From: Sphyrna mokarran | Lineage: Eukaryota | Assembly (NCBI GenBank): GCA_024679065.1 | Contig: JAGIQG010000016.1 | Coordinates: forward strand, 5,394,001-5,458,000 | DNA: 64,000 nucleotides | Direction: 5' to 3' | Part shown: positions 35,391 to 47,500 of the stretch, one piece after another | How the letters are laid out: every line of letters starts with the position of its first letter | How positions within the stretch are numbered: position 1 is the first letter of the stretch | Translations under genes and position numbers: made by a program | Notes under the pieces: model-generated | Seen by the model: the letters and a program-made list of their open reading frames with translations, nothing else | What the model was told of the DNA's origin: nothing | Databases searched by the model: none

Positions 35391-38069
35391 CCTTTTTCCA
35401 TTCATTCCTGGGATATGGGCTTCGCTGGCTGGGCCAGCATTTATTGCCCATCACTAGTTGCCCCAGGGCAGTCGAGAGTCAATCACATTGTTCTGGAGTC
35501 ATATGTAGGCCATACCAGGTAAGGACAGCAGATTTCCTTCCCTAATGGACTTCAGTGACCAGATAAGATTTTCCGGTAATTGACAATGGTTTCATGGTCA
35601 TCAGTAGATTCTTAATTCCAGATTTTGTTCGGGAATTAGGGTGGGATTCAAATTTCTGTCCATAGAAAATTTGCTGAGTTTTTGGATTAATAGTCCAGCA
35701 ATAATACCACTGGACCATCACATACCCAACTTTCTGTTGCTGTTTTCAGAAACCCTTTTGACTCCTCAATTCCTACTCTTGATTTGACCCACTCATTTGT
35801 CTTAAAGTCCTTCCCAAGCCCGGCACAGTGGCACAGCGGTTAGCACTCCTGCCTCACTGTGCCAGGGACCCGGCTTGGATTCGTGCCTTAGATCACTGTC
35901 TGCATGGAGAATGCATACATTCTCCCTGTGTCTGCGTGGGTTTCCTCTGGGGGCTGCAGTTTCCTCCCACAGTCTGAAAGGCATGCTGGGTTAGCTGCAT
36001 TGACCTGAAAAGGTGCCGGACTGTGGCGACGAGGGGAATTTCATAGTAATTTCATTGCAGTGTTAATGTTAACCTTACTTGTGATACCAAAAAACAAACT
36101 TTAAGAAAAATCTTTCTTTTTCTTTTTCCAGCGATTGTCAACATTGTCTTCTTTCTTGTCTGGTTTTCTTCAGTCATCCCACAATCCAATCTCGACATTG
36201 TCCACCTGTCCCCTCCTCCTTCTTTCTCTTTTCTGTTTATTCTCATTCCCTCCCTCAATTGTTGCTGATCCTTGGCCAAAGCTTCATTTCAAAAGCTATT
36301 CTCCTACAGTTCAGACTCCAATTCTCAGCTCCTTGGAGAGCAACACTGCTTTCTAGTGACTGAACCAGACATAGCTTATCATAGAACCCATAGATTATCA
36401 TAGTTCCAAATCACAACAGCACCCAGAAATATACACCCTATTCTAGGCTTAGCCCAGAAAGCAAGTGTGCTCATGTGAGTGGGATGGCCCTTTGCTGTTG
36501 ATAGCCTTGATGGGGCGAATGGCTCCATCAAGATCTGCAATCTTGTGATTCTATGCAACTCTGTGGTTTTAATGGTTCAATAAGAAATCTCTAGCCTACA
36601 ACACAAGTGTTCATTACTTCCTGCGTTTGGAGCATTGGAATAGTTGAATCTAGAAGTGTTCATCGCCAAAGCTTTAGTCATGGTGGATTTGGTAATGCCA
36701 TTGGTTATGAATAACTTCTGGGTTCAAGCTCTCCTGCAGTAGTGAAGGAATACCGCATTGTCGGAGATGCTGTTTTTCAACTGGAAGCTTTTTTTTTGAA
36801 AAAGCCATACAACGTTTTCCCAAGAAATCTCTAAGCACAGCAGGGAATCTTGCCTTCACTTTTCAAACCAATATTTATCCCCCAAATACTATTGATTACG
36901 AAAAGAAACTTCAGATTCCCCACTAATTAACACCTTGCTCTATCTGGGATCTTGCTGTGCTCAATTTGTTTGCTCTGCTGTCCACAGTTCGATCAGACTG
37001 ATTCCTAGGGGACTGATATATGATGAGAAATTCTGTCAGTTAGGATTGTCTTTGCTGGAATGAAGGGATGTCTCGTAAAAACTTGCAAAAATCGAACAGG
37101 ACTGGACAGGGTAGATGTTCTTGATGGTGGGGCAGTCCGAGAACCAGGGGTCACCGTCTGAGGGTAGAAGGTGGAGCATTTAGGACAGAGAATAAGGAGA
37201 TATTTCTTCACCAGAGAGTGTGGTGAGTCTCTGGGACTCACCACAACAGAAAGAAGTTGAGGTCACAACATTATGGGTGGGATTTTCTGGTTGTGCTTAT
37301 CCTGAAACTGGAATATCCCACTCGAGGTCAATGACCTTTCCATGGCCTGCCCCGATTCCTGTGGGGGTGGGCAAAATTCACCCCGGTTTGCTTTCTGGAA
37401 GCAGAAATAACTCTTGGGGCTCAAGGGGTCAAATGATCTGTGGGGAAATGCTGGATCAGGCTATTGAGTTGGATGATCGGGCATGATCATAAGGAACAGC
37501 AGATCAGGTTCGAAGGGCCGAATGGCTTTCTTCTAATTCTGTTTTCTATGTTAGAAATATTGGCTGCAACGAAAGGTATCAATTTCCACGTGGGAGTTAT
37601 TTATTGAGATGATACACCATTGCAGTTTGCACATTCTCCTCGTGTCTGTGTGGGTTTCCTCCAGGTGCTCCGGTTTCCTCCCACAGACCAAAGATGTGCA
37701 GGTTATGTTGATTGGCCATGCTAAGTTGCCCCTTAGTGTCAGGGGGATAGGTAAGGTATATATGTGGGTTTACAGGGATGGGTGAGATTGTGGTCAGTGC
37801 AGAGTTGATGGGCCGAATGGCTGCCTTCTGTATTGCAGGGATTGTATGATTCTCTGATACTATGACTGGGATAGCTTAAAGTACTCCAGGATTACATAAT
37901 TCACTCCGGTCTTTCTTCGCTCTCCAGGACCTACAGAACCTCATCGTTAATGGATTTACCCAACATACTGAGTTGAGGAGGATGAATTTTCAGGTGAAAT
38001 GTTGTGTCTGCCAGTTCTAGGCCTATTTTAACTTAACTGGTCCTTTGCCCGAATAGTTCAGCTGCACAT

Positions 38070-38231
38070 CCACACCCCAGCCATCTACCCATTCACCCAC
38101 CATTTATCCATCCATCCCTCCACCCATTCACCCATCTCTCCATCCATCCATTCATCTGCCCATTCATTCCTCCGTCCATCTATCCATCCATCTGTTCATC
38201 CGTCTGTTAATCTGCCTAACCGTCCATCCAT
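38070..38231. repeat. (TCCA)n microsatellite running into an N gap
   Basis: Seen directly. Confidence 0.9.
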
Positions 38232-39134
38232 NNNNNNNNNNNNNNNNNNNNNNNNNNNNNNNNNNNNNNNNNNNNNNNNNNNNNNNNNNNNNNNNNNNNN
38301 NNNNNNNNNNNNNNNNNNNNNNNNNNNNNNNNNNNNNNNNNNNNNNNNNNNNNNNNNNNNNNNNNNNNNNNNNNNNNNNNNNNNNNNNNNNNNNNNNNNN
38401 NNNNNNNNNNNNNNNNNNNNNNNNNNNNNNNNNNNNNNNNNNNNNNNNNNNNNNNNNNNNNNNNNNNNNNNNNNNNNNNNNNNNNNNNNNNNNNNNNNNN
38501 NNNNNNNNNNNNNNNNNNNNNNNNNNNNNNNNNNNNNNNNNNNNNNNNNNNNNNNNNNNNNNNNNNNNNNNNNNNNNNNNNNNNNNNNNNNNNNNNNNNN
38601 NNNNNNNNNNNNNNNNNNNNNNNNNNNNNNNNNNNNNNNNNNNNNNNNNNNNNNNNNNNNNNNNNNNNNNNNNNNNNNNNNNNNNNNNNNNNNNNNNNNN
38701 NNNNNNNNNNNNNNNNNNNNNNNNNNNNNNNNNNNNNNNNNNNNAAATTTGTTAAATATTCATTTTAATCTCATTCACGTGTCCGAGACTGAATTCTCCG
38801 GGCTCACTCGCCTTTCCCGCCAGTAGTATATCATTCCAACAGGGTTTAATTGCAGGGATCTGGTGGCCTGATCCTGTGGGAGCAAAGAGAGGGCTATCAA
38901 GGACCTCTCAGAAAATTGGGCACCGAAGGTTTGGAGAGTGCCCCTGGGCAAATTAAATAAATATTAATAAATAAATATAAATATTTATAAATATTTATTA
39001 AATAAATTGAATGAATTAAAAAAATCTGGAACAAGAATCTAATGATGACAATGAAACCATTGCTAGTTGTAGGAAAAATCCGTCTGGTTCATTAATGTTC
39101 TTTCGGGAAAAAAATGTGCCGTCCTTACACAGAA

Positions 39135-40285
39135 TTTAGCAAGGCCTTTGACAAGGTACTGCATGGTGGGTTGTTGCATAAGGTTAAATCTCACAGGATC
39201 CAGAGTGAGGAATCTAAATGGATATAAAATTGGTTTCTTGACAGAAGCCAGAGGGTGGTTATAGAGAGCTATTTTTCAACTAGAAGCCTGTGGCCAGCGG
39301 TGTGCCTGAGGGATCAGTGCTGGACCCACTGTTATTTGTCATTTATATTAATAATTTGATGAGAATATGTGGCTAGTAAGTTTGCAGATGACGCTAAGTT
39401 TGGTGGCATGGTGGACAGTGAAAAATGTTATCTCCAATTGCAACGGGATCTTGATCAATTCGGCCAATGGGCTGACGAATGGCAGATGGAGTTTAATTTA
39501 GACAAATGCGTGGTGATGTATTTGAGTAGATTGATTCAGGGCAGGATTTACTTATTAATGGTAGGGCGTTGGGGAGAGTTACAGAACAAAGAGATGTAGG
39601 GTATATGTCCATTGCTCCTTGAAAGTGGAGTTGCAGGTGGACAGAGTGGTGAAGAAGGCATTCGGCGTGCTTGGTTTCATCGGTCAGAACATTGAATACA
39701 GGAGTTAGAATGTTGTGTTGAAGTTGTATAACATAACGGTAAGGCCACACTTGAAATACCGCGTGTAATTCAGGTCACCCTATTATAGAAAGGATATTAT
39801 TAAACTAGAAAGAGTGCAGAAAAGATTTACTACGATGCTACTGGGAATCGATGGATTGAGTTATAAGGAGAGGCTGATAAGCTGGGACTTTTATCCCTGG
39901 AGTATAGGAGGCTGAGGGGTGATCTTATAGAGGTCTATAAAATAATGAGGGGCATAGATCAGCTAGATAGTCAATATCTTTTCCCCAAGGTAGGGGAGTC
40001 TAAAACTAGAGGGCATAGTTTAAAATGAGACAGGAGAGGTATAAAAATGTCCAGAAGGATAATTATTTCACACAAAGAGTGGTGAGTGTCTGGAACAAGT
40101 TGCCCGAGGTAGTAATAGAGGCGGGTACAATTTTGTCTTTTAAAAAGCATTTAGTTACACAGGTATAGAGGGATATGGGCCAAATGCGAGCAACTGGGAT
40201 GAGCTTAGGGGTTTAAAATAAAAGAGCGGCATGGACAAGTTGGGCCGAAGGGTCTGTTTCTATGCTGTAAACCTCTGACTCTACA
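39135..40285 (+). mobile_element. CR1 LINE RT 3' fragment, degraded
   Basis: Codons for FSKAFDKV, SKFADDAK and WQMEFNLDKC; tail GGGCCGAAGGGTCTGTTTCTATGCTGTAAACCTCTGACTCTA. Confidence 0.9.
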
Positions 40286-41964
40286 CAGTCTGGTTTACAT
40301 GTGACTCCAGATCCACAGCAATGAGGTTGACTCTCAACTGCCCTCGGGCAACTAGGGATGGGCAATAAATGCTGGCCAGCCAGCGATGCCTGTGTCCCAC
40401 GAACGAATAAGCAAAAAGGCACAAGGGATGGATGTAAACAGGGGGGGAGAGAGGAATTCTGTGCAATCAATGAACAGAGGGAATCACAGCTTTACCCTTC
40501 TCTGGGTGGCAAATGAGAATAATTCATAGAATCGTGAAGTCATGCTGTTCTGAAGTATATTCCGAATCCATTAGTGTAAGATCTTTGACAGAGCTCCCGA
40601 ATTAGTTTCACTGCCCTGCTATTTCTATATAACTTTGCTCACTCTTCCTTCTGAACTATTGGTCACAGGTATGGTTCTTCACAGCAATGAAAGAGGCCAT
40701 TCGGTCTATCATATCTGTGCCAGCCATCAAGCACCTATCCATCCCCATCCCATTTTGATCTGTAACCATCGAGCATTAATCAATTCTCATGAGGCATGAC
40801 AGCTCTTGGTCCGTAAGCTTGTATTCTTTGGCATCTCAAGTGTTCATCTCAATGCTTCTCATTTCTCCAATCACGTTCTCCAGCTAACACTTCCAGCCCT
40901 TAACAACATGACGCACAAAAGATATTCCCTTGGAATCTGTGACAAACGATCTTAAATCCCAACTGGCATGGTGATATTCAGTGAAAAGCTTTGCCCTTCT
41001 CCAATTCAACATGGGCGGATCAATATTTCTTGGTGGAACGATATCCCAGCGATATTGGAGAGTATCTTTGCAGAATTTCCGCACCACTAACTTGATGAAG
41101 ATTGTCACCAACGCCTGAGCTGGATGATATTAAACACAAACACCGATTTCTATTATGAGATTCTGGTTTAAGAACCTTGTGTGTAACATGGTTCAACCTC
41201 GCAATCCTGAGGCTGAAATATTTGGTAGGAAGCTAAAATGATGCAACTAATCACAGCACGTTCAATTATCTGCTCGATTCTCTTCCTTAGAAATGAACTG
41301 TTGGCGTGGGTTCCTGCTGAGTGAATGAAATGGGACATGTGTATCATTTGAGTTTGCTGCTCTCCCTGCTGAAGAAAGACACTGTTATAAACCAACTCCC
41401 CAATTCTAACAGAGGGTACAAAAACCAGATTTGGCAGAAACTAGAAATCTGAAATCAATGAACTGAAAAAGTCACTGTCAATGGGCCTCCAATTGCCCGG
41501 TTAAAGGAGACCACAAAATAATATGATAATTTGAAAGGGGTGCAAGTCAGTCGATGTTTCGCCGGAAGGAGTATTCCTCGGCATGGACAAAGGAAAGAGG
41601 TAACAAGGTGAGACTTGCATCTTCTCCTGCGCTGGAAGGTGAGGGGGAGTGGGGACGAGGAGGGGTAGTTTCTCACCATGGATTAATGGGCTGTGTGTGG
41701 GGATCCATCACCCCCTCAGGATGCGTGAAGGAAAGGGGAGAGGGAGGTGAGCTGGCGGTGGTGGAAATGGTGGACGGCCATCTGTTGATTGGCCTGTGGG
41801 GTAGAAGGTGAGGGCAAGCTCCACCACATCACAGGCTTTGAGGAAGGAGGGAGAGAGGAGGAAGAGGGGACAGTGCGAGTGAAGAGGCAAGGAGAGGGAA
41901 GAGCCCTGATCACTCTGGTGGAGAATGGGGGGAGGGGGTCCTCAGCTGCGGGGAAAAGGAAGAC

Positions 41965-42710
41965 ATACAGACCAAAGGCATTACAGCGCAGTACTGGCCC
42001 TTCGGCCCTCGATGTTGCGCCGGCCAGTGGACCCTCTAACCTAAACTATTCCAATATCATCCATATGCCTATCCACCGAACATTTGAATGCCCCCAAAGT
42101 AGGCGAGTCCACAACTGCTGCAGGCAGGGAATTCCACGCCCTCACCACCCTCTGTGTAAAGAACCTGCCTCTGACATCCGTCCTATAACTACCACCTCTT
42201 AATTTAAAGTTATGTCCCCTCGTGTTGGTCATCACCATCCGAGAAAAAAGGCTCTCACTATCCACCCTATCCAATCCCTTGATCATCTTATACGCCTCAA
42301 TTAGTTCACCGCGTAACCTTCTTCTCTCTAATGAAAATAACCTCAGGTCCCTCAGCCTTTCCTCATAAGGCCTTCCCACCATACCATGCAACATCCTGGT
42401 AAACCTCCTCTGCACCCTTTCCAATGCTTCCACATCTTTCTTATAATGCGGCGACCAGAACTGTACTCAATACTCCAAGTGCGGCCGCACCAGAGTTTTG
42501 TACAGTTGTAACATAACCTCATGGCTCCTAAATTCAATCCCTCTGCCAATAAAAGCTAACACACCGTACGCCTTCTTAACAACTTTATCAACCTGGGTGC
42601 CAACTTTCAAAGAGCTATATACTTGTACCCCACGATCCCTCTGCTCGACAACACTATTAAGGGTCCTTCCATTAGCCCTATATTTCATATGCCTGTTATT
42701 CCTACCAAAA
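41965..42710 (-). mobile_element. CR1 LINE 3' fragment
   Basis: ORFs 42467-42688 and 42041-42433 ([24 protein letters not shown]). Confidence 0.92.
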
Positions 42711-43191
42711 GCAAGTGACAGGGAGGAAACTGAGATCAGAGTAAACAGTAAAGCTTTAAAGTTTAATTATGGGTGTCACAACATGGGCGGATCAATATTT
42801 CTTGGTGAAATAGGCTTTTGTTAACACCGCAAGGAAGCTACTGTGAAAATCACCTCATCACCACACTCCAGCACCTGAGGGAGAATTTAGCCCGACAAAT
42901 GCATCTAACCAATGCATCTTTCAGATTGTGGGAGGAAACCAGAGCACCCGGTGGAAACCTGCACAGATATGGGGAGAACATGCAGGCTCCGTATAGATAA
43001 TGGCCCAAATCAGGAATTGAACCCGGGCCCCTGCCGCTGTGAGGCAGCAGTGCTAACCACTGTGCCACTATGCTGCCCCACCTCAGAAGGTTGGAAGATG
43101 ATATGGTGGAAGTGTTGAATACCTGTGTCCAGGTGAGATACCTGTAGCTGTGCAGGTGTTAAACTTCACCTTCCATTCCCTGAGAACTTAT

Positions 43192-43293
43192 CTGCTGCTT
43201 TGCGTTTTCTCCTGACGAGGAAGACGATGAGAATCGTGGCAAGAATAACCCCCATTGCCACACTGAGGGTGATGGTTTTCCCAGTGACGTGAC
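43192..43293 (-). CDS. Transmembrane exon, copy R (donor mutated)
   Basis: Acceptor CTCACACAG|, 102-nt phase-1/phase-1 exon GHVTGKTITLSVAMGVILATILIVFLVRRKRKAA (hydrophobic helix plus basic stop-transfer), followed by ATAAGT instead of GTAAGT. Confidence 0.8.
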
Positions 43294-43324
43294 CTGTGTG
43301 AGTAGCACAAGGCGAACATAGGAA

Positions 43325-43678
43325 TAATTATTGAAACATATAAGATGATTAGAGGTTTAGATAGGGTGGACAGTGATAGCCTTTTCCTAGGATGGAGAAA
43401 GCTAGCACGAGGGGACATAGCTTTAAATTAAGGGGTGGTGGTTATAGGACGGATGTCAGAGGTAGGCTCTTTACCCAGAGGGTGGTAAGGGTATGGAATG
43501 CCCTGCCTGCTGCAGTTGTAGATGCGCCAAGTTTGGTGGCGTTTAAGAGGTTAGTAGATAAGTTTATGGACGAAAAGGGAATGGTTTAGGTTAGAGGGTC
43601 ATTTCTTTTTCCTAATTGGTCGGCGCAACATCGAAGGCCGAAGGGCCTGTTCTGCGCTGTAATGTTCTATGTTCTATA
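43325..43678 (+). mobile_element. CR1 3' end, closely related to 5905-7700
   Basis: High similarity to 7343-7700. Confidence 0.92.
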
Positions 43679-46297
43679 GAAATAATTAACACAATAGAGA
43701 TAGCCAATAAATCCCTGCTGTGCTTCATGTCAATCCCCTTGCTTCCATTATCTGAGTTTTTGCCAGGTGATGGGGACAAACCTTGTTTCCCTGCATACCT
43801 CCAGTGTAGAAGGAGGCCATTCGGCCCATTGAGTTAGCGTTGCCTCTCTGGAAGAGCACCTTACCCAGGTTCACACTCAGCTCTACCCCTGTAACCCTGC
43901 ACAGGGGTACAGGGTTACCCCTGCACAGAGCGGATCCATAGCCTACATATCTTTTGGATACTAAGTGGTAATTCAGTGAGGTCAATCCACCTAACCTGCA
44001 CATCTTTGGACTGTGGGAGGCAATTGGAGAACTGGGAGGAAACCCAGATGCAGTGAGGGGACTAATTGAGTCAGGGTTGAAGATGCCCCTCCATCCACCC
44101 TCTCTGCCAACTGGGACACTACTGTGAGCACTTCTGTAAGCAAGGACCTCCTTCCCAATCACTTTCCCAAACACAGTTCAAATATAACAAAAAAAAATTA
44201 ACATAGCTTTTACCAGTTCAAATACTTAAACACGGCAATGTATAAATCTTAATTGTTAGCTATACAGTTCCAATTTAAGCAACATCCCCACAGACATACA
44301 TTCTTTTTCAGAATTAGCTCAAAGTGCAAAGGCTTATGTAAGTGCAAGACTCCCGGCATTTTAACAACTCTGGACCAAAATACAGGAAGCCACCTTTCTT
44401 CTGACTCCCAAACAGCAGCCTCCAGAGAAAGATTCACCTTCAAACAGCAGACCTTCAGCAGATATTCTGGCAGCTCCAGACTTCAATCTCCAAAGAGAGA
44501 TAAAGGCAGAGAGCTACTCTCTCTAAAGATCCCAAGTGGCCAAAGTGATTGGTTCCCTCTGTGAGCCCAGCCTCCACCAATCATTTGAACTGATTCAAAC
44601 CCCACTCTGAAAAACCCCAGGGGAAAGCCCTAAAATAACCAAACTGCATTAACCCAAATTAAAACAAAGACTCCAGCAAAGACTCAGCACAGACAATAAT
44701 GGCCAAAAGGCCTGTTTCTGAACTGTAATTTTCTATGGTTTTACGGTTCCAGCAATTAAAATTGATTCTTAAACATCAACATGTGCTTATAGACATCGCG
44801 ACACTGGGTAATTGGAAGTGACTTCTCAAAAATTCCCTGCACAAGAAATGTGACACAAATACATCCCTTAAAGGCACAGTATCATCACACTGGATATTGA
44901 CGCTACGATCGATCACCAATTCCACTGTCAGTGGAGGATAAATAACAAGGTGATTGAAAACAAACTGAAAGGATGTTGATGACCCCAACACTGCATCTCA
45001 TAATTAAATATTGTAATATCTAACAATTCAGATTGTATCCATGAAGTAACTTACCTGAATTAAAATGTGCTCAAATTGTCACCTAATTAATGGAATCGTT
45101 CATTCTGACCAGAAGCAATTATTGGAACTGAGGAAGATGTTTTTTTGATGGAATGGTGGGTTCAAATCCCCAAGCCCCACCAGCCAGGACAGCACTATAG
45201 AATCCCGATAGTATAGAAGGAGGCCATTTGGTCCATCAAGTCTGTACTGACCTTATCCCAACCCAGGCCCTCATCCTATAAACCCACATATTTACCCAAC
45301 TAATCCCCCCACATGAAGACCAATTCACCAAACCCACACATCTTTGAACTATGGGAGGAAACCAGAGCACTCGGAGAAAACCCACACAGACACGTTAATG
45401 ACATTTTCACACGTTATTATTTTGTTGATTAGGGAACGAACGTGTTTCAATTATTATTATCGATACCCTGGCCGGTTGTTATTGACCAGAAGCTGAATTG
45501 GATGAGCTGTATAAATACAATGCCACAATCGTAGGAATCCTGTGATGAATAACTCACCTCCTGACTCCCCAAAGCACACCCATCATCTACATGGCACAAC
45601 TCAACAGTGCGATGGAATACTCTCCACTTGGGTGCAGCTCCAACGACACTCAAGAAGCTCAACACCATCCATGACAAAGCAACCCCGTTTGCTGTCCCTT
45701 CAAGAAAAAAATCACTCCCTCCACCACTGAAGCACAGTAGCAGTCGTGTGATACATCTACAAGAGGTAATACAGCAACTCAAAGATTGCTCCTTAGCAAC
45801 ATCTTCCAAAACATCACCCCTACCACCTGGAATGACAAGAGCAGCCTGGGAGTCCCAACGCCTGGAAGTTCCCCTCTGAGCAACTCACCATCCTGGCTTA
45901 GAAATATCTCGGCCGTTCCTTCACTGTGGCTGGGCCAAAATCCCGGAACTCCCTCCCTAACAACGCTGTGGGTGTACCTACACCTCAGGGACTGCAGCGG
46001 GTTCAAGGAGACAGCTCACCACCACCTTCTCAAGGGGCAATTAGAGGTGGGCTGTAAATGCCGGTTCTAACCAGCACCACCCCCAGCCCTGAAAGTAGAA
46101 ACACAGTGTTCAGGTCAGGCGGGGGTCATCAGAGCAGAGAAAGCAACAGCTAATGGAGAAACCTGGGGGCAAAGTGGGTGAAATGGTAGCTCTGAAAAAG
46201 ATGCCCCATGCTTTGAGACTGCGAATCATTGAAATAGTAAATTACATTTTTATAGCGCCTCTCACCATCTCCACCAGTATCAAAGTGGGTTCATCAT

Positions 46298-46768
46298 TCA
46301 TAAGAACATAAGAAATTGGAGCAGGAGTCGGCCATCCAGCCCGTCAAGCCTGCCCCGCCATTCAATAAGATCGTGGCTGATCTGAAGTCGATCAGTTCCT
46401 CTTTCCCGCTTTCTCCCAAAACCCTTAATTCCCTGATCTATCAGAAATCTATCTACCCGTGACTTAAGTATATTCAACAAAGTAGCCTCCACCACTTCAA
46501 TGGGCAGAGAATTCCGGAGATTCACAACCCTTTGAGTGAAGAAGTTCCTCCTCAACTCTGTTCTAAACTGCCCCCTCCCTCTTATTTTGAGGCCGTGCCC
46601 TCCAGTCCTGCTATCATTTCTAAGCGGGAAGAATCTCTCTACCTCTACCCTATCCATCCCCTTCATTATCTTGTAAGTCTCTAAAAGATCCCCCTTCAGC
46701 CTTCTAAACTCCAACGAGCACAGACCCAGTCTATTCAATCTCTCCTTGTAAGCTAACCCCCTCATCTC
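46298..46768 (-). mobile_element. CR1 3' end
   Basis: RGLAYKERLNRLGL...FFTQRVVNL; tail TTCTTATGTTCTTATG. Confidence 0.9.
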
Positions 46769-46873
46769 ATTCCAATCACCTAATTTGCTTGTTAAATAGC
46801 CTCTGTCACCAGCGCGTGCGTGAACAAAATGAAAGCAATCAGTCACCTTCTATTACAATTCATTAATAAATAC

Positions 46874-47010
46874 CTTCACTGGGGTCTTTAAAATATTATC
46901 TCAATTGTGCCTTTCCCTGCTGCCGGTTGAGTTGGACACAAGACAGCTCACGTTTCTGTTCAGCCTTTATGAATACTGTTCCTGTGTCTGTCTCCACTTC
47001 TTCTGCTATT
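46874..47010 (-). pseudogene. Third Ig domain, second half-exon, copy R
   Basis: Acceptor TTTTCCAAG| and donor GAAG|GTATTT. Fragments IAEEVETDTGTVFIK / NRNVSCLVSNSTGS / KGTIEIIF / KDPSE across frameshifts match the CxxxNxxG F-G strand motif. Confidence 0.6.
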
Positions 47011-47054
47011 CTTGGAAAACCCAACAATTTAAGAAATGCTCTGGTGATTGAATT

Positions 47055-47500
47055 AAAAAGTTTCACAATGCCAGGTTAAAATCCAACGGGTTTATTTTGG
47101 GAGCACAAGTCATGAGCTTTCGGAGCACTGCTCCTTCGTCAGATGAGTGGGATTTCAGTTCACAAACGGGACATATAAGGGCACAATCTCAATTGGTAAA
47201 ATAATGTTTGGGCTGTGAATCTTTGCAGATAGTCAAGACTTAAAGGTACAGACAACTTGAGTGGAGAGAGGGTTAAGCACAGGTTAAAGGGTAGTGTCTC
47301 CAGACAGGACAGTTAGTGAGATTTTGCAAGCTCAGGTAAGTTGTGGGATAGTGTGACATGAACCCAAAATCCCGGATGGGGCCGTCCTCATGTGTGCGGA
47401 ACTTGGCTATCAGTCTCTGCTCAGCGACTCTGCGCTGTCGTGTATCGTGAAGGCCGCCTTGGAGAATACTTACTTGAAGATCAGAGGCCGAATGCCCCTG
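47055..47500 (-). mobile_element. Penelope-like element 3' end (GIY-YIG C-terminus plus terminal repeat)
   Basis: ORF 47273-47506 GHSASDLQVSILQGGLHDTRQRRVAEQRLIAKFRTHEDG..RDFGFMSHY; hammerhead motif downstream. Confidence 0.8.
47110..47146 (-). ncRNA. Minimal hammerhead ribozyme motif in a Penelope terminus
   Basis: UCAU-CUGACGA-A-GGAGC(AGU)GCUCC-GAAA-GC-UC-AUGA: conserved core, perfect 5-bp stem II and 4-bp stem I. Related copies at 15794-15830 (+), 35273-35309 (+) and 49278-49314 (-). Confidence 0.7.

Larger units (their letters stand above)
20504..36390 (+). repeat. Left arm of a large inverted segmental duplication
   Basis: 20504 onward is the reverse complement of the window end (64000 backwards). 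Collinear homology, including unique sequence and exons, continues to ~36390, which pairs with ~48210. Confidence 0.95.

Noticed and set aside
37928-37993. Exon-like segment with a strong pyrimidine tract (TTCTTCGCTCTCCAG|...CAG|GTGAAA)
   Set aside because: No similarity to the copy R downstream exons and no recognisable peptide in any frame.
38232-38744. N runs as biological features
   Set aside because: Assembly gaps or masking, mostly next to simple repeats; content unknown.
44180-44690. Possible solo LTR (CCAAT-like motifs, LTR-like composition)
   Set aside because: TG...CA termini, a TSD or a second copy could not be identified.
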